64,000 nucleotides of DNA from Chloroflexota bacterium (lineage in GTDB: Bacteria; Chloroflexota; UBA11872): positions 2,960-66,959 of the forward strand of contig JAJDVX010000007.1 in the NCBI GenBank assembly GCA_022825895.1. The letters are read 5' to 3'. The notes under the pieces were generated by a model, which worked only from the letters and a program-made list of their open reading frames with translations, ran no database searches and was not told where the DNA came from. Of this stretch, positions 35,553 to 45,609 are shown piece after piece (the stretch's first letter is position 1; every line of letters starts with the position of its first letter). The position numbers and the translations under genes are program-made.

Positions 35553-37409
35553 CTATCCGGCAGCAAAGCTGCGTGCGCCGATAAACTCCAGCTTGGCGCG
35601 GTGAACGCTGTCCATTTCGCTGATCAGTTCCTGGCGACGCGCGGTGATCGCTTCGGCGGCATCGCCGTCGGCCGCCAGCTTGGTTTCCTCAAGTTCGGCA
35701 TTCAGCCGCCGCTCCCGCAGGCGGAGCGTCGCGAACTGAAGTTCCACGCTCAGCGATGCCTCAGACCCCGGCGTCTCCGTCGCTTGTTCCAGAACAGCGG
35801 CCAGCCGCTGCTGTGACATGGGATCGAGCGTCGCGGCGATTCGGTCCCAGTCGAGAGCGCCCTTCTCACGAGCCTCGGCCACGATGCGAGCCATGATGTG
35901 CCGGGCCGCCGGATCGGTGAGCAGGGTCGGATCCAGGCGACTGATTAGACCCACGTCAGAGGTCCCCGACCTCACGACACACCGCAGTAGTCCTTCCTCA
36001 AGGCGGTCCATCATCGTAGGAGTCTCGGACGAGGGCGGGCGCGACTCGCGAGTCGCCGCCCGAGGCGCGCCGCGACGGCCGTCCCGCGCGGCCATTCGCC
36101 GCAGCTCATCGGCGGGTACGCCGCTCAACTCGGCCAGTCGACCGAAATAGTGGCCGCGCACCACGGCGTCGCTGAGCTCGGCCACGATCGGCAGCAGTTC
36201 ACGCATGGCCGCGCGGCGTCCGCTCAGGCCTGTGAGATCGTGCTGGTTGCCGGCCCAGCGAAAGGCGAAGTCGGCCAGCGGCGTTGGCTTGGCGATGAGG
36301 TCGCGCCAGCGCTGCGGCCTGGAGCGAACCAGCGTGTCCGGATCGTCGCCAACGGGTAGCTCGGCGATCCCGATGTCCGTCGTGAGGCGGTCCTCGTGTC
36401 GGACCAGGCCCCGGACGTCGACCGTGGTTCCCGACTCGTAGTCGCCGGCCTCGCGCACGACGTCCAGCCCGCGCCGGGCTGCCGCGGCGCCGGCGGCGTC
36501 GGCGTCCAAGGCAATGACCACGCGCGACGCGCCCGAGGTGGTGAGCATGCGCGCTTGCTGCTGCGTAAGAGAGGTGCCCATGGAGGCCACGGTGTTGGTG
36601 AAGCCGGCTTCGTGCGCGGCAATTACATCCATATAGCCCTCGACGATTACCGCCGTGCGCTCCTCGCGGATGGCGTCGCGGGCCAGGTGATAGCCGTAGA
36701 GAAGGTGGCCCTTGGTGAAGACCTCGGAATCGCGCGTGTTCAGGTACTTCGGCTCAATGTCTCGAAGCGTGCGGCCGCCGAAGCCCACGACGGCGCCGGA
36801 GCGGTTCCAGATGGGGAAGATCAGGCGGTCGAAGAGATAGTCGCGAGTGCCGCGCTCATCGGAGCGAGCAAGCCCCGCGGCCTCGATTGCGTTGGCCTCG
36901 AATCCAAGCGTGCGCAGGTGGGTTAGCAGCGGCGAGCCGCTGCTCCGCGCATACCCCAGCCCAAACTTCGCCACGGTCGCGTCCGCCAGCCCGCGAGACT
37001 TCACATAGACGCGGGCCTCTTCCGCAGCGGGCGATTCCAGGAGTTGCCGGTGCAGGAACTTCTGGGCTTCGCCCAGCAGGCCGAGCATCGCGTTTTGCCG
37101 GCCCCTCCGTTCGGGATCGGCGGGTCCGCGCTGGATCTCGATGCCGGCTTCGCGCGCGAGTTCGTCCAGGGCATCGGGAAACTCGATGCGGTTTCGCCGC
37201 ATCACGAAGGTGAGCAAGTCGCCGCCTTCGCCGCAGCCGAAGCACTTGTAGCTGCCGCGATCAGGAAAGACGAAGAATGACGGCGTCTTCTCGCTGTGAA
37301 AAGGGCAGAGGCCCTTCCAGTTACGGCCGGCGCGCTGCAACCGAACGTCTCGGCCGATGTACTCGACCGCGTCCAGCCGGGCCTTGACTTCCTCTACCGG
37401 CGTCGCCAT
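35553..37409 (-). CDS. dnaG: DNA primase
   Basis: Zinc ribbon CPFHSEKTPSFFVFPDRGSYKCFGCGEGGD; TOPRIM VIVEGYMDVIA...VIALDADAAG. Confidence 0.9.
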   Translation of the reverse strand: MATPVEEVKARLDAVEYIGRDVRLQRAGRNWKGLCPFHSEKTPSFFVFPDRGSYKCFGCGEGGDLLTFVMRRNRIEFPDALDELAREAGIEIQRGPADPERRGRQNAMLGLLGEAQKFLHRQLLESPAAEEARVYVKSRGLADATVAKFGLGYARSSGSPLLTHLRTLGFEANAIEAAGLARSDERGTRDYLFDRLIFPIWNRSGAVVGFGGRTLRDIEPKYLNTRDSEVFTKGHLLYGYHLARDAIREERTAVIVEGYMDVIAAHEAGFTNTVASMGTSLTQQQARMLTTSGASRVVIALDADAAGAAAARRGLDVVREAGDYESGTTVDVRGLVRHEDRLTTDIGIAELPVGDDPDTLVRSRPQRWRDLIAKPTPLADFAFRWAGNQHDLTGLSGRRAAMRELLPIVAELSDAVVRGHYFGRLAELSGVPADELRRMAARDGRRGAPRAATRESRPPSSETPTMMDRLEEGLLRCVVRSGTSDVGLISRLDPTLLTDPAARHIMARIVAEAREKGALDWDRIAATLDPMSQQRLAAVLEQATETPGSEASLSVELQFATLRLRERRLNAELEETKLAADGDAAEAITARRQELISEMDSVHRAKLEFIGARSFAAG

Positions 37410-37510
37410 CTCGCGCCGAGTTTAAGGCACCCTTCGGCGCGCCTTGCGCTACAGGTTAGGCGCCGCGAGCGTAGCGATCTGAGCGCGCGAGACTGTACGC
37501 GCAGAGGTTG

Positions 37511-38332
37511 CTATGGCACGAAGAGGTATTCGTCGAAGTCGCAGATCGGCCGGTATCCCAACCGCGCGTAGAGCCGGTTGGACACAGGATTGGCCAGATC
37601 CGTGAACAGCGCGCAGAACCGGCGGCCTTCGTCGAGCAGCAGTTGACTCAGGTCCGCCACGCAGGCCGAGGCGTACCCGCGGGCGCGATGTTCCGGCGGT
37701 GTGTAAACGAAGTTGATCCTGATGCCGCGCGAGGTGGGGCCGTCGCAGGCGGCCATCGACACAGGTCCTCCGTTGTCCCATACGTACATGCGCCCGAGGC
37801 CAATGCGCCTTCTCACGCTCTGTTCGCCAGGTGACGGATCCTCGGACCGCAGTTCAATGTTCAGGGCATCGGCCCACGCGGCGAGAGGTTCCAGGTCGGA
37901 TATGGCGGCCCGTCTGAGTACGCCAGGCGGTCGTCTGGGCGGGATGAGCTCAGTGAGTTCGTGGACGCGCGAGTGCATCTGGAGACGCGTCTCGTGACCC
38001 GTACGTGCGTGCCAGTTCTGAAGGAAACACTCGGTAGTTCTGGCCGGACCGATAATCCCGGAAAGTGACGAATCGTCCGCGCTCAACTGCTTGACCAGCG
38101 CGTCAACGGCGCCCGGATGCCCGCGAGACAGGATCAGATTCGCTCCCGACTGCAGCGCCGCCATGACGCAGTTCGGGCCACGCTCCACGGTGAGCAGGTG
38201 CTCCGCCTTGGTAGCGCTGGATGCCACCCCAAGCATGAGCACGTTTTCGGCCTCACGACGCACGAGGAATCCCTGCGCTCGCGCCAGAAACGCCAACGCA
38301 TCCGAGTGCCGCCTTACGACGAACTCTGCCAT
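37511..38332 (-). CDS. GNAT-family N-acetyltransferase
   Basis: 273 aa. The C-terminal acetyl-CoA motif region is RARGYASACVADLSQLLLDEGRRFCALFTDLANPVSNRLYARLGYRP. Confidence 0.7.
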   Translation of the reverse strand: MAEFVVRRHSDALAFLARAQGFLVRREAENVLMLGVASSATKAEHLLTVERGPNCVMAALQSGANLILSRGHPGAVDALVKQLSADDSSLSGIIGPARTTECFLQNWHARTGHETRLQMHSRVHELTELIPPRRPPGVLRRAAISDLEPLAAWADALNIELRSEDPSPGEQSVRRRIGLGRMYVWDNGGPVSMAACDGPTSRGIRINFVYTPPEHRARGYASACVADLSQLLLDEGRRFCALFTDLANPVSNRLYARLGYRPICDFDEYLFVP

Positions 38333-38362
38333 TTGGCGACTCCGCTGCCCCCTCGGATCGAG

Positions 38363-41017
38363 CTACCGGTCGCGGAAGCCCTGCTCCAGGCGCGCGTGGG
38401 CGGCGGCGATGCGAGCCACCGGTACTCGGTACGGGGAGGCACTGACGTAGTCCAGGCCCAACGACTCGCAGAAGTCAATGGAGGCAGGATCGCCGCCGTG
38501 TTCGCCGCAAATCCCGACTTCGATGTCGGGCCGAGCGGCGCGTCCCTGCTCGGTCGCGGTGCGCATGAGCGCGCCGACGCCATCGCGGTCGAGCACGCCG
38601 AACGGGTTGTCGACGAGGATGCCGTCTTCCACGTACTTGAGCAGAAAGCGGCCCTCGGCATCGTCGCGGCTGATGCCGAAGGTGGTCTGGGTGAGGTCGT
38701 TGGTTCCGAAGCTGAAGAACTCGGCCACGCCAGCGATCTCGGTCGCGGTCAGGCAGGCCCGCGGCACTTCCAACATGGTTCCGAACTTGAATTCGATCCG
38801 GTCGCCGGCGCGCTGCTGCACGTGCTCGGCGGTAGCCCGTAGCCGGGACTCGATGGTGGTCAACTCGGAAATGTGGCCGATGAGCGGAATCATGATCTCC
38901 GGCATGACGTGCACGGCCTCAGACTTCAGTTGCAACGCGGCCTCCACGATGGCCTGCACCTGCATCTCGTAAACCTCTGGATACATGAGCCCGAGACGGC
39001 AACCACGCAAGCCCAGCATGGGGTTGAATTCGTGCAACTCGGCGGCTCGCGCGACTTTGCGACGCGCTAGCGCGAGATCGGCTTCCGACGCGCCGTTCTC
39101 CTCCAGAGCGGAAAGTTCGTCGTCAACGCCGCTCAGGAATTCGTGCAACGGTGGATCCAGCAGGCGAATGATCACCGGGAGGCCGTGCATGGCGCGCAGG
39201 ATGCCGACAAAGTCCTCTCGCTGAATAGGCAGGAGCTTTTCGAGTGCGCGCCGTCGCTCAGCCTCGGATTCGGCCAGGATCATGTCTTGCACGATGGGCA
39301 GACGATCGCCCTCGCGGAACATGTGCTCGGTGCGGCAGAGGCCAATGCCCTGGGCGCCGTAGGAGCGCGCGAGTTCGGCTTCTTCTGGCGTGTCCGCATT
39401 CCCCCAGACCTGGAGCCGTCGGATTTCGTCGGCCCAACTAAGCAATTCGTGGAGTTCGTGCGTCATTTCGCCGGGAATCAGCGGTACGTCCCCGCGAATC
39501 ACGTTACCCAGGGTTCCATCAATGGTGAGCGTGTCCCCTGCCGACACCACCTCGCTGCCGACTTTGAACTCACCGGCCTCGATGTCGATGTCAAGAACTT
39601 CGCAGCCGACGATGGCTGGCAGCCCGAGTTGCCGAGCCACGATGGCCGCGTGGCTGGTGGCGCCTCCGCGCGAGGTGAGAATCGCTTGCGAGGCGGCCAT
39701 GCCGTGGAAGTCGTCCGGCGAGGTCTCGGGCCGCACCAGGATGACCGGGTGGCCCTCCTCGGCTAACGCGGCGGCATCGTCGGCGGTAAACGCCACTTCG
39801 CCCGTCGCGGCGCCCGGGGATGCATTGAGGCCGCGGGCGATGGGGTCCACGGGCGTTGAAGCGTCAATGCGCGGGTGCAGCAGAGCGCTGACCTGCTCGG
39901 CTTCGACGCGGCGAACAGCGGTCTCCCGGTCGATCTTGCCCTCGTGGACCATATCGACTGCAATGCGAACGGCGGCCGCCGGGCTGCGCTTGCCGGCGCG
40001 CGTTTGCAGCATGTAAAGGCGGCCGTCCTCGATCGTGAACTCGAGGTCCTGCATCTCGGCGTAGTGGGCTTCGAGCGCGTGGGCGTAGGCCTGGAACTCG
40101 CCGTAGACCTCGGGCAGCGTCTCGCGCAACGTGCTGATCTGTTCCGGCGTGCGTATGCCGGCCACCACGTCTTCGCCCTGGGCGTTGAGTAGGTACTCAC
40201 CAAAGAGCACCGGGTTGCCGTCATTGGGGTCACGGGTGAAGGCCACGCCGGTACCCGAGCGCTCGCCCATGTTGCCGAAGACCATGGTCTGCACGTTGCA
40301 GGCCGTGCCCCAGTCGTGCGGCAGGCGGTGGAAGTTTCGGTAGTCCACAGCCCGGCGGCCGTGCCACGAGTCAAAGACGGCCCGGATCGCGCGTTCCAGT
40401 TGCTCGTGCGGGTCTTCAGGGAATCGCTGACCGGTTTCCTCGAAGATGAGGTTCTTGAAATCGGCGGTCACCGCCTCCCACTCGGCCGCGGTCAGTTCGG
40501 GATCCTCGGACTTCCCGAGGCGCTCCTTGTGCTCGTGAATGATGTCTTCGAACGCACGGCTGTCGAGGTCTAGCACGATCGCGCCGAATCCCTGGACGAA
40601 GCGGCGATAGGAGTCACGGCTGAAGCGCGGATCACCGGTAAGTTCGGTCAGGCCCTCGAGGGTCTGGGCATTGAGTCCGAGGTTCAGCACGGTGTCCATC
40701 ATTCCCGGCATGGAGACACGGGCGCCCGAGCGCACCGAGACCAGCAGTGGATTCGTGGGGTCGCCGAAGCGCTTGCCAGTCTGCACCTCAACTTCGGCGA
40801 GCGCGCGGTCGATTTGCTGCTGCATGCCGGCCGGAAACTTTCGGCCGGTTTCGAAGTAGGCGAGACACGCCTCAGTCGTGATCGTGAAACCCGGCGGGAC
40901 GGGGATGCCGGCGCGGGTCATCTCGGCGGAGCCGGCGCCCTTGCCGCCGAGCAGGTTGCGCATCGACTCAGCGCCCTCGCGGAACAGGTAGACCCACTTG
41001 TGGTCGGTGGCTGACAT
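38363..41017 (-). CDS. ppdK: Pyruvate, phosphate dikinase
   Basis: 884 aa. Motifs: KWVYLFREG...LLGGKGAGSAEM; phospho-His region TSRGGATSHAAIVAR; PEP-utilising C-terminal FFSFGTNDLTQ. Confidence 0.95.
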   Translation of the reverse strand: MSATDHKWVYLFREGAESMRNLLGGKGAGSAEMTRAGIPVPPGFTITTEACLAYFETGRKFPAGMQQQIDRALAEVEVQTGKRFGDPTNPLLVSVRSGARVSMPGMMDTVLNLGLNAQTLEGLTELTGDPRFSRDSYRRFVQGFGAIVLDLDSRAFEDIIHEHKERLGKSEDPELTAAEWEAVTADFKNLIFEETGQRFPEDPHEQLERAIRAVFDSWHGRRAVDYRNFHRLPHDWGTACNVQTMVFGNMGERSGTGVAFTRDPNDGNPVLFGEYLLNAQGEDVVAGIRTPEQISTLRETLPEVYGEFQAYAHALEAHYAEMQDLEFTIEDGRLYMLQTRAGKRSPAAAVRIAVDMVHEGKIDRETAVRRVEAEQVSALLHPRIDASTPVDPIARGLNASPGAATGEVAFTADDAAALAEEGHPVILVRPETSPDDFHGMAASQAILTSRGGATSHAAIVARQLGLPAIVGCEVLDIDIEAGEFKVGSEVVSAGDTLTIDGTLGNVIRGDVPLIPGEMTHELHELLSWADEIRRLQVWGNADTPEEAELARSYGAQGIGLCRTEHMFREGDRLPIVQDMILAESEAERRRALEKLLPIQREDFVGILRAMHGLPVIIRLLDPPLHEFLSGVDDELSALEENGASEADLALARRKVARAAELHEFNPMLGLRGCRLGLMYPEVYEMQVQAIVEAALQLKSEAVHVMPEIMIPLIGHISELTTIESRLRATAEHVQQRAGDRIEFKFGTMLEVPRACLTATEIAGVAEFFSFGTNDLTQTTFGISRDDAEGRFLLKYVEDGILVDNPFGVLDRDGVGALMRTATEQGRAARPDIEVGICGEHGGDPASIDFCESLGLDYVSASPYRVPVARIAAAHARLEQGFRDR

Positions 41018-41165
41018 GCGAAAGGGGCTCCGGCTCTTGGGTTAGCGCGCCGCGGGGGCACGGCGCGCACGGCTCTCGAATGTACCATCGCGCCCGGACG
41101 CGCCCGCGGTCGCGTACTTCCTGGAAGGTCGGCAGATTTCCGTTTTCAGCGCGGCCCGGCGCTGG

Positions 41166-42338
41166 GTGGCCACGGTCGCCCTCGGGCACTTTGCCGTGGA
41201 CTTTACGGCGATGCTGCCGACGATGATGTACCCGTTCCTGGCACAGCGGCTGGAGCTGTCGTTGGGAATCGTTGGGGTGGCGTCGGCCGTGTGGGCCATC
41301 ACTTCCTCCACATCGCAGCCGATTTTTGGGTACCTGGGTGATCGCTACGGACGGCGCTGGCTGGCCGCTGGAACTGTCGGAACGATGGCAGTGCTGGTGG
41401 CATTTGTGCCGATGGCGTCGTCATACGGCGCGCTGCTGTTGCTGCTGGGCGCCGCCGGCATCGTGGTTGGCGGATATCACCCGCAGGGCGGCGCGATTGC
41501 CAACGAGGCGTCGCGCCGACACAAGGGCGCCGGGGTTTCGACGTTCTTCCTGGGCGGACACCTGGGCTTTACGGTGGCGCCGCTGGCGGCGGGAGCGGTG
41601 CTGGCGGCGAGCGGCCTGGACTGGATGCCGCTGCTGGCCCTGCCGGCACTCGTCGTCGCCGTCTTGATTCCGCTGGGGTTGCGCGGGTTCTCCAGCGTTA
41701 GGTCAACGGCGCGGCTCGGCGGGTTCGGCTCGTTGGGAGGCATCGGCCCCGCGCTGGCGGCGGTGCTGGTCGTGGCGCTGGTCCGCGGGTGGGCCTATGC
41801 CAGCCTCAATATCTACATACCGTTCTTCGTGTCTCCGGACCGGCCTGACCCGGGATTCGCGGGTTCGATGCTGGCGGTGTACTTGGGATTCCACGCCGCC
41901 GGGGCGTTCAGCGGCGGCGTATTGGCCGACCGCCTGGGCGTGCGGCGAATGATCGGGTACTCATCGCTGTTGTTGATCCCAGCCATAACCGCGTTCGCAT
42001 TGCTTCCGGTGGGTGCTTCGTCGTACCTGACAGTCGCCGCTGTGGGCGCATTGATTGGGGCAGGCTTCACGCCGACGGTGCTGCTGATGCAGCGGCTGGT
42101 GCCGGCGCACATGGGCGTGGGCACCGGAGTGATTCTGGGCGTCTCGTTTGGCGCCGCGGCGATCGGGAACCCGGTTACCGGGTTTGTGGGCGACGCCGCC
42201 GGACTCAACGTGGCATTCATGCTGATGGCCGTGGCCCAGGTCGCCGTACTGGTGGCGCTACGCTGGATTCCGGGCAGGACAGGCATCGGACAGGTTGCGC
42301 CGCAACCGGCGGAGAGCGCGGCTGAAGGAGCAAGCTGA
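41166..42338 (+). CDS. MFS transporter
   Basis: 390 aa with about 12 hydrophobic segments. The loop motif is GYLGDRYGRRW. Confidence 0.8.
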   Translation: MATVALGHFAVDFTAMLPTMMYPFLAQRLELSLGIVGVASAVWAITSSTSQPIFGYLGDRYGRRWLAAGTVGTMAVLVAFVPMASSYGALLLLLGAAGIVVGGYHPQGGAIANEASRRHKGAGVSTFFLGGHLGFTVAPLAAGAVLAASGLDWMPLLALPALVVAVLIPLGLRGFSSVRSTARLGGFGSLGGIGPALAAVLVVALVRGWAYASLNIYIPFFVSPDRPDPGFAGSMLAVYLGFHAAGAFSGGVLADRLGVRRMIGYSSLLLIPAITAFALLPVGASSYLTVAAVGALIGAGFTPTVLLMQRLVPAHMGVGTGVILGVSFGAAAIGNPVTGFVGDAAGLNVAFMLMAVAQVAVLVALRWIPGRTGIGQVAPQPAESAAEGAS

Positions 42339-43717
42339 TGGGAATCCTGGACCTTCGTGAACGAGTCGACAGGCAGTTGCAGGAGCAGTTCAGGCGCCGG
42401 CGACCGGACGATCCTGCCGTCAACCTGCGCAAGACGCTGGTAGACGAATTGGTTCAACTCGCTGAGGAAGGCTGCGACGTCGAGGACATCACGGCCGAAG
42501 TTCTTGCGTCGGACGTGCTGTCGATGGACGCCGCCACCGTTGAGTCCTTACTGGCTCGACTTGAGGGGATTCCCATGCGGGAGGACTTCCCGTACGACGA
42601 ACCGAGCGACCTGGCCGGAATTCGAGCCGCGCGGCCCGCTGTCCGAGCCATTCCCGAAGCAGACGACAGCGACTACGAACGACGCTTGCGCGGCGCCTGG
42701 ATCGGGCGCTGCGCCGGCTGCACCCTGGGCAAGCCGGTGGAGGGATGGTCGCGGGCTGAGATTCGCGAGCTGTTGGATGCGGCGGACATCGGCGACCTGC
42801 GGTTCTACGTGCCGTACCTGGAGCCGAACCCGACCGGCCGAGCCTGGCATCCGTCGGCGGTGTACTCGGCGCTGGGGCGAATCGACGGGGTTCCGCGCGA
42901 TGACGACATCGACTACTGCATCCTGGCGCTGGAGATCCTGGAGAGCTATGGGCCCGGCGTAACCACGGCCGACTTCGGGCAGTCGTGGCTGGAGATGCTT
43001 CCGTACTGGCGGGTATACACGGCCGAGCGCGCCGCGTATCGAAACCTGGTGCTCGGACTACCGACCAGCCAGGCGGCGACGTTCAATAACCCGTATCGCG
43101 AATGGATTGGTGCGCAGATTCGGGCCGACGTGCTGGGCTGGGTGAATCCGGGCCGGCCGCAGGCTGCGGCGGCGCTGGCATATCGGGATGCGGCGCTGTC
43201 GCACGTGAAGAACGGGATCTACGGCGAGATGTGGGCGGCGGCCACGATTGCAGCGGCGTTCAGCCTGGATGATCCGCTAGACGCGGTACGGGCCGGGATG
43301 GATCAGGTTCCTGCCAAGAGCCGGCTGCACGCCGCGCTGACCAACACCCTGGCCTGGAGCGAGCGATACGCCGATTGGCAGGACGCGTGGGAGAGGGTTG
43401 ATGAGGCGTATGGGCACTACAACTTCGTGCATACGATCAACAACGCGTGCTTTGTGGTGCTGGGGCTGGCGTATGGGCGCGGGGACTTTGCGGCGACGGT
43501 TGGGATTGCGGTGGAGTGTGGGGAGGACACGGACTGCAATGGCGCCACGGCCGGATCGATCCTGGGAGCAACCAAGGGCGCGGAGGTGGTGCCGGCGGAG
43601 TGGACCGAGCACTTTCATGATCGGGTGGAGACGATTGTGAGTGGGATCGGAACGCTGAAGCTGAGCGACTTGATCGCGCGGACGGCGGCGTTGGCGCGAG
43701 GGCCGTTCGCCGCCTAG
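42338..43717 (+). CDS. ADP-ribosylglycohydrolase-family protein with ~110-aa N-terminal extension
   Basis: Motifs: RLRGAWIGRCAGCTLGKPVEGW, ...GEDTDCNGATAGSILGA. Confidence 0.75.
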   Translation: MGILDLRERVDRQLQEQFRRRRPDDPAVNLRKTLVDELVQLAEEGCDVEDITAEVLASDVLSMDAATVESLLARLEGIPMREDFPYDEPSDLAGIRAARPAVRAIPEADDSDYERRLRGAWIGRCAGCTLGKPVEGWSRAEIRELLDAADIGDLRFYVPYLEPNPTGRAWHPSAVYSALGRIDGVPRDDDIDYCILALEILESYGPGVTTADFGQSWLEMLPYWRVYTAERAAYRNLVLGLPTSQAATFNNPYREWIGAQIRADVLGWVNPGRPQAAAALAYRDAALSHVKNGIYGEMWAAATIAAAFSLDDPLDAVRAGMDQVPAKSRLHAALTNTLAWSERYADWQDAWERVDEAYGHYNFVHTINNACFVVLGLAYGRGDFAATVGIAVECGEDTDCNGATAGSILGATKGAEVVPAEWTEHFHDRVETIVSGIGTLKLSDLIARTAALARGPFAA

Positions 43718-45609
43718 CTGGAGGCGCCCTGGCGGGCGAAGAGGTCGCGGACCTCGGCCACGGTGGTGGCGTCGGCGGGGGCCTTGTCCTCGCGGACGAA
43801 GCCGATGACCCGGGGGAAGCGTAGGGCCAAGCCGAGTTCGTCGTCGGTGCGGCCGGCGACGTGCATGGGGCTGCGGGTGAGCTCGTCGGCCAGGACTTCG
43901 ACCACGACTTCGGGGCTGGCCCAGACGTCGGGGACAACGTCGGAGTGGACGTTGGCGGGGCGGTCGGCGACCGCGATTTCGTCCAGCTTCTCGCGGATTC
44001 GCACCCATTCCTCGTCGGAATAGCCGGTGCCGATGCGGGCGATGGACTTGAATACCTGCTCGTCGGCGTCCCAGACCGCGCTGAGCAGGGCGCCGATGCC
44101 CCAGGGGGTGCGCTTGCCCTGGCCGCGCCAGTAGCCGATCAGGACGCAATCCAGCGTGTCGGTCAGGGCCGAGGAGTAGCTGGCCTTGTACTTGATCCAG
44201 TTGAAGTTTCGCTGTCCGGCCTGGTAGGCGGAGTCAAGGCGCTTGGCCATGACGCCTTCGAAGCCAGCGTGTACCTGCTCGTTGAAGAAGACGTCTAGTG
44301 CTTCGGGATCGTCGGTAATGATGCACTCCGAAACCTGAAGGTCCGTGCCTTCGCTTCCGACAATCTCTTCGAGCCGTCGCCGTCGCTCGGTGAAGGGCAG
44401 TTCGATCACGTTATCGCCGTCGTAGAGCAGATCGAAGGCGTGGACGTGGAGCGGAATCTCCTTAGCTGCCGCCTCGATGCCGTGACGGCGGCGGCGCGAG
44501 GTTGTGACCTGGAAGGGCAGGAATTCGCCGGTTTCCGGATTCACACCCATGGCCTCGCCCTCGATGATGACCCGGGGTTTCTTGAGATGGGCTCGGGCGG
44601 CCTGCGACACGTCAGGGAACATTCGGGACATGTCCTCGAGGTTGCGGCTATAGATGCGGACCTGGTCGCCGTCGCGATGGATCTGAACGCGGAAGCCGTC
44701 CAGCTTGGGCTCGACCGCGGCCGAGCCGATCTTGTCGACGATCTCCTGGCCACTGGACATGCGGGCGGCCTGCGCCATGCGCACCGGATTGCCAACCCGA
44801 ACCTGAGCACGAGCCATCGCGTCGGCGCCGCCCCGCAGATAGTCGCGGGCCGTTTGGCCGAGGTCACAGGTCAGGTTGTAGGCGCGCTCGATAGCCTTGC
44901 GGTCGGACTTGTCGCCGACGCGGGCAAAGGAGAGTGCATCCATGAACGTCGGGTCGCCGATGCCGAGACGCAGACGGCCGACGGGAATGCGCGGGAGATA
45001 GCGGTTGGAACGATGGTCCAGGTCCCGCAGCAGGCCGGCGACGCCGGCGACCTTTCGTTCCTGTGATTCGGCGCCCTCCGCCTCCGCGACCTCGCGCAGG
45101 CGCGCAAAGACGCCGCCGACCGAAACGTCACTGGCCCAGTCCTGGGCAAGCTCGCGTTGGCGACGCGCCCGCCAGGACGGATTGCCGACGGCGGTGTGCC
45201 AATAGACTCGGCCCTGGCCGAAGCGCCGCGGACGAGTCGCACTCCCAGGCTTGGATCCTGTCGCCAATCCCCACCCCCGAGAAGGAGGTGGGGTGGCGGT
45301 AATCGATTCCGCAGGTGTCAGAGATTCTGCCGCGAGGCCCAGGTCGCCGGCCTCGCGAAAGGCGGCTTGAACCTCGTCGGGCTCGACCTGGAAGGCCTGG
45401 GCGATCGAGCGCAAGAGCAGCCGGCTGGCCATGCCGAACTCAAGGTCTATGAACTTGGGGACCAGGCGGCCCTGCATCAGGTAGGTGACCTGGGCGGCTT
45501 CCTCCGGCGTGACGCGTTGGTACAGCTCGGCCAGGATTTCGATCATAGCGTTGCGGCCGGACACGGCATCGATGCGTTCGAAGACTTCGGCCAGTTCGCG
45601 AAACGTCAT
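43714..45609 (-). CDS. ATP-dependent DNA ligase (three-domain, archaeal/eukaryotic Lig1-like)
   Basis: Motif I AVEPKLDGFRVQIH, then FEGVMAKRLDS, ...WIKYK. The N-terminal DNA-binding domain has MTFRELAEVFERI...LMQGRL. Confidence 0.85.
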   Translation of the reverse strand: MTFRELAEVFERIDAVSGRNAMIEILAELYQRVTPEEAAQVTYLMQGRLVPKFIDLEFGMASRLLLRSIAQAFQVEPDEVQAAFREAGDLGLAAESLTPAESITATPPPSRGWGLATGSKPGSATRPRRFGQGRVYWHTAVGNPSWRARRQRELAQDWASDVSVGGVFARLREVAEAEGAESQERKVAGVAGLLRDLDHRSNRYLPRIPVGRLRLGIGDPTFMDALSFARVGDKSDRKAIERAYNLTCDLGQTARDYLRGGADAMARAQVRVGNPVRMAQAARMSSGQEIVDKIGSAAVEPKLDGFRVQIHRDGDQVRIYSRNLEDMSRMFPDVSQAARAHLKKPRVIIEGEAMGVNPETGEFLPFQVTTSRRRRHGIEAAAKEIPLHVHAFDLLYDGDNVIELPFTERRRRLEEIVGSEGTDLQVSECIITDDPEALDVFFNEQVHAGFEGVMAKRLDSAYQAGQRNFNWIKYKASYSSALTDTLDCVLIGYWRGQGKRTPWGIGALLSAVWDADEQVFKSIARIGTGYSDEEWVRIREKLDEIAVADRPANVHSDVVPDVWASPEVVVEVLADELTRSPMHVAGRTDDELGLALRFPRVIGFVREDKAPADATTVAEVRDLFARQGASS

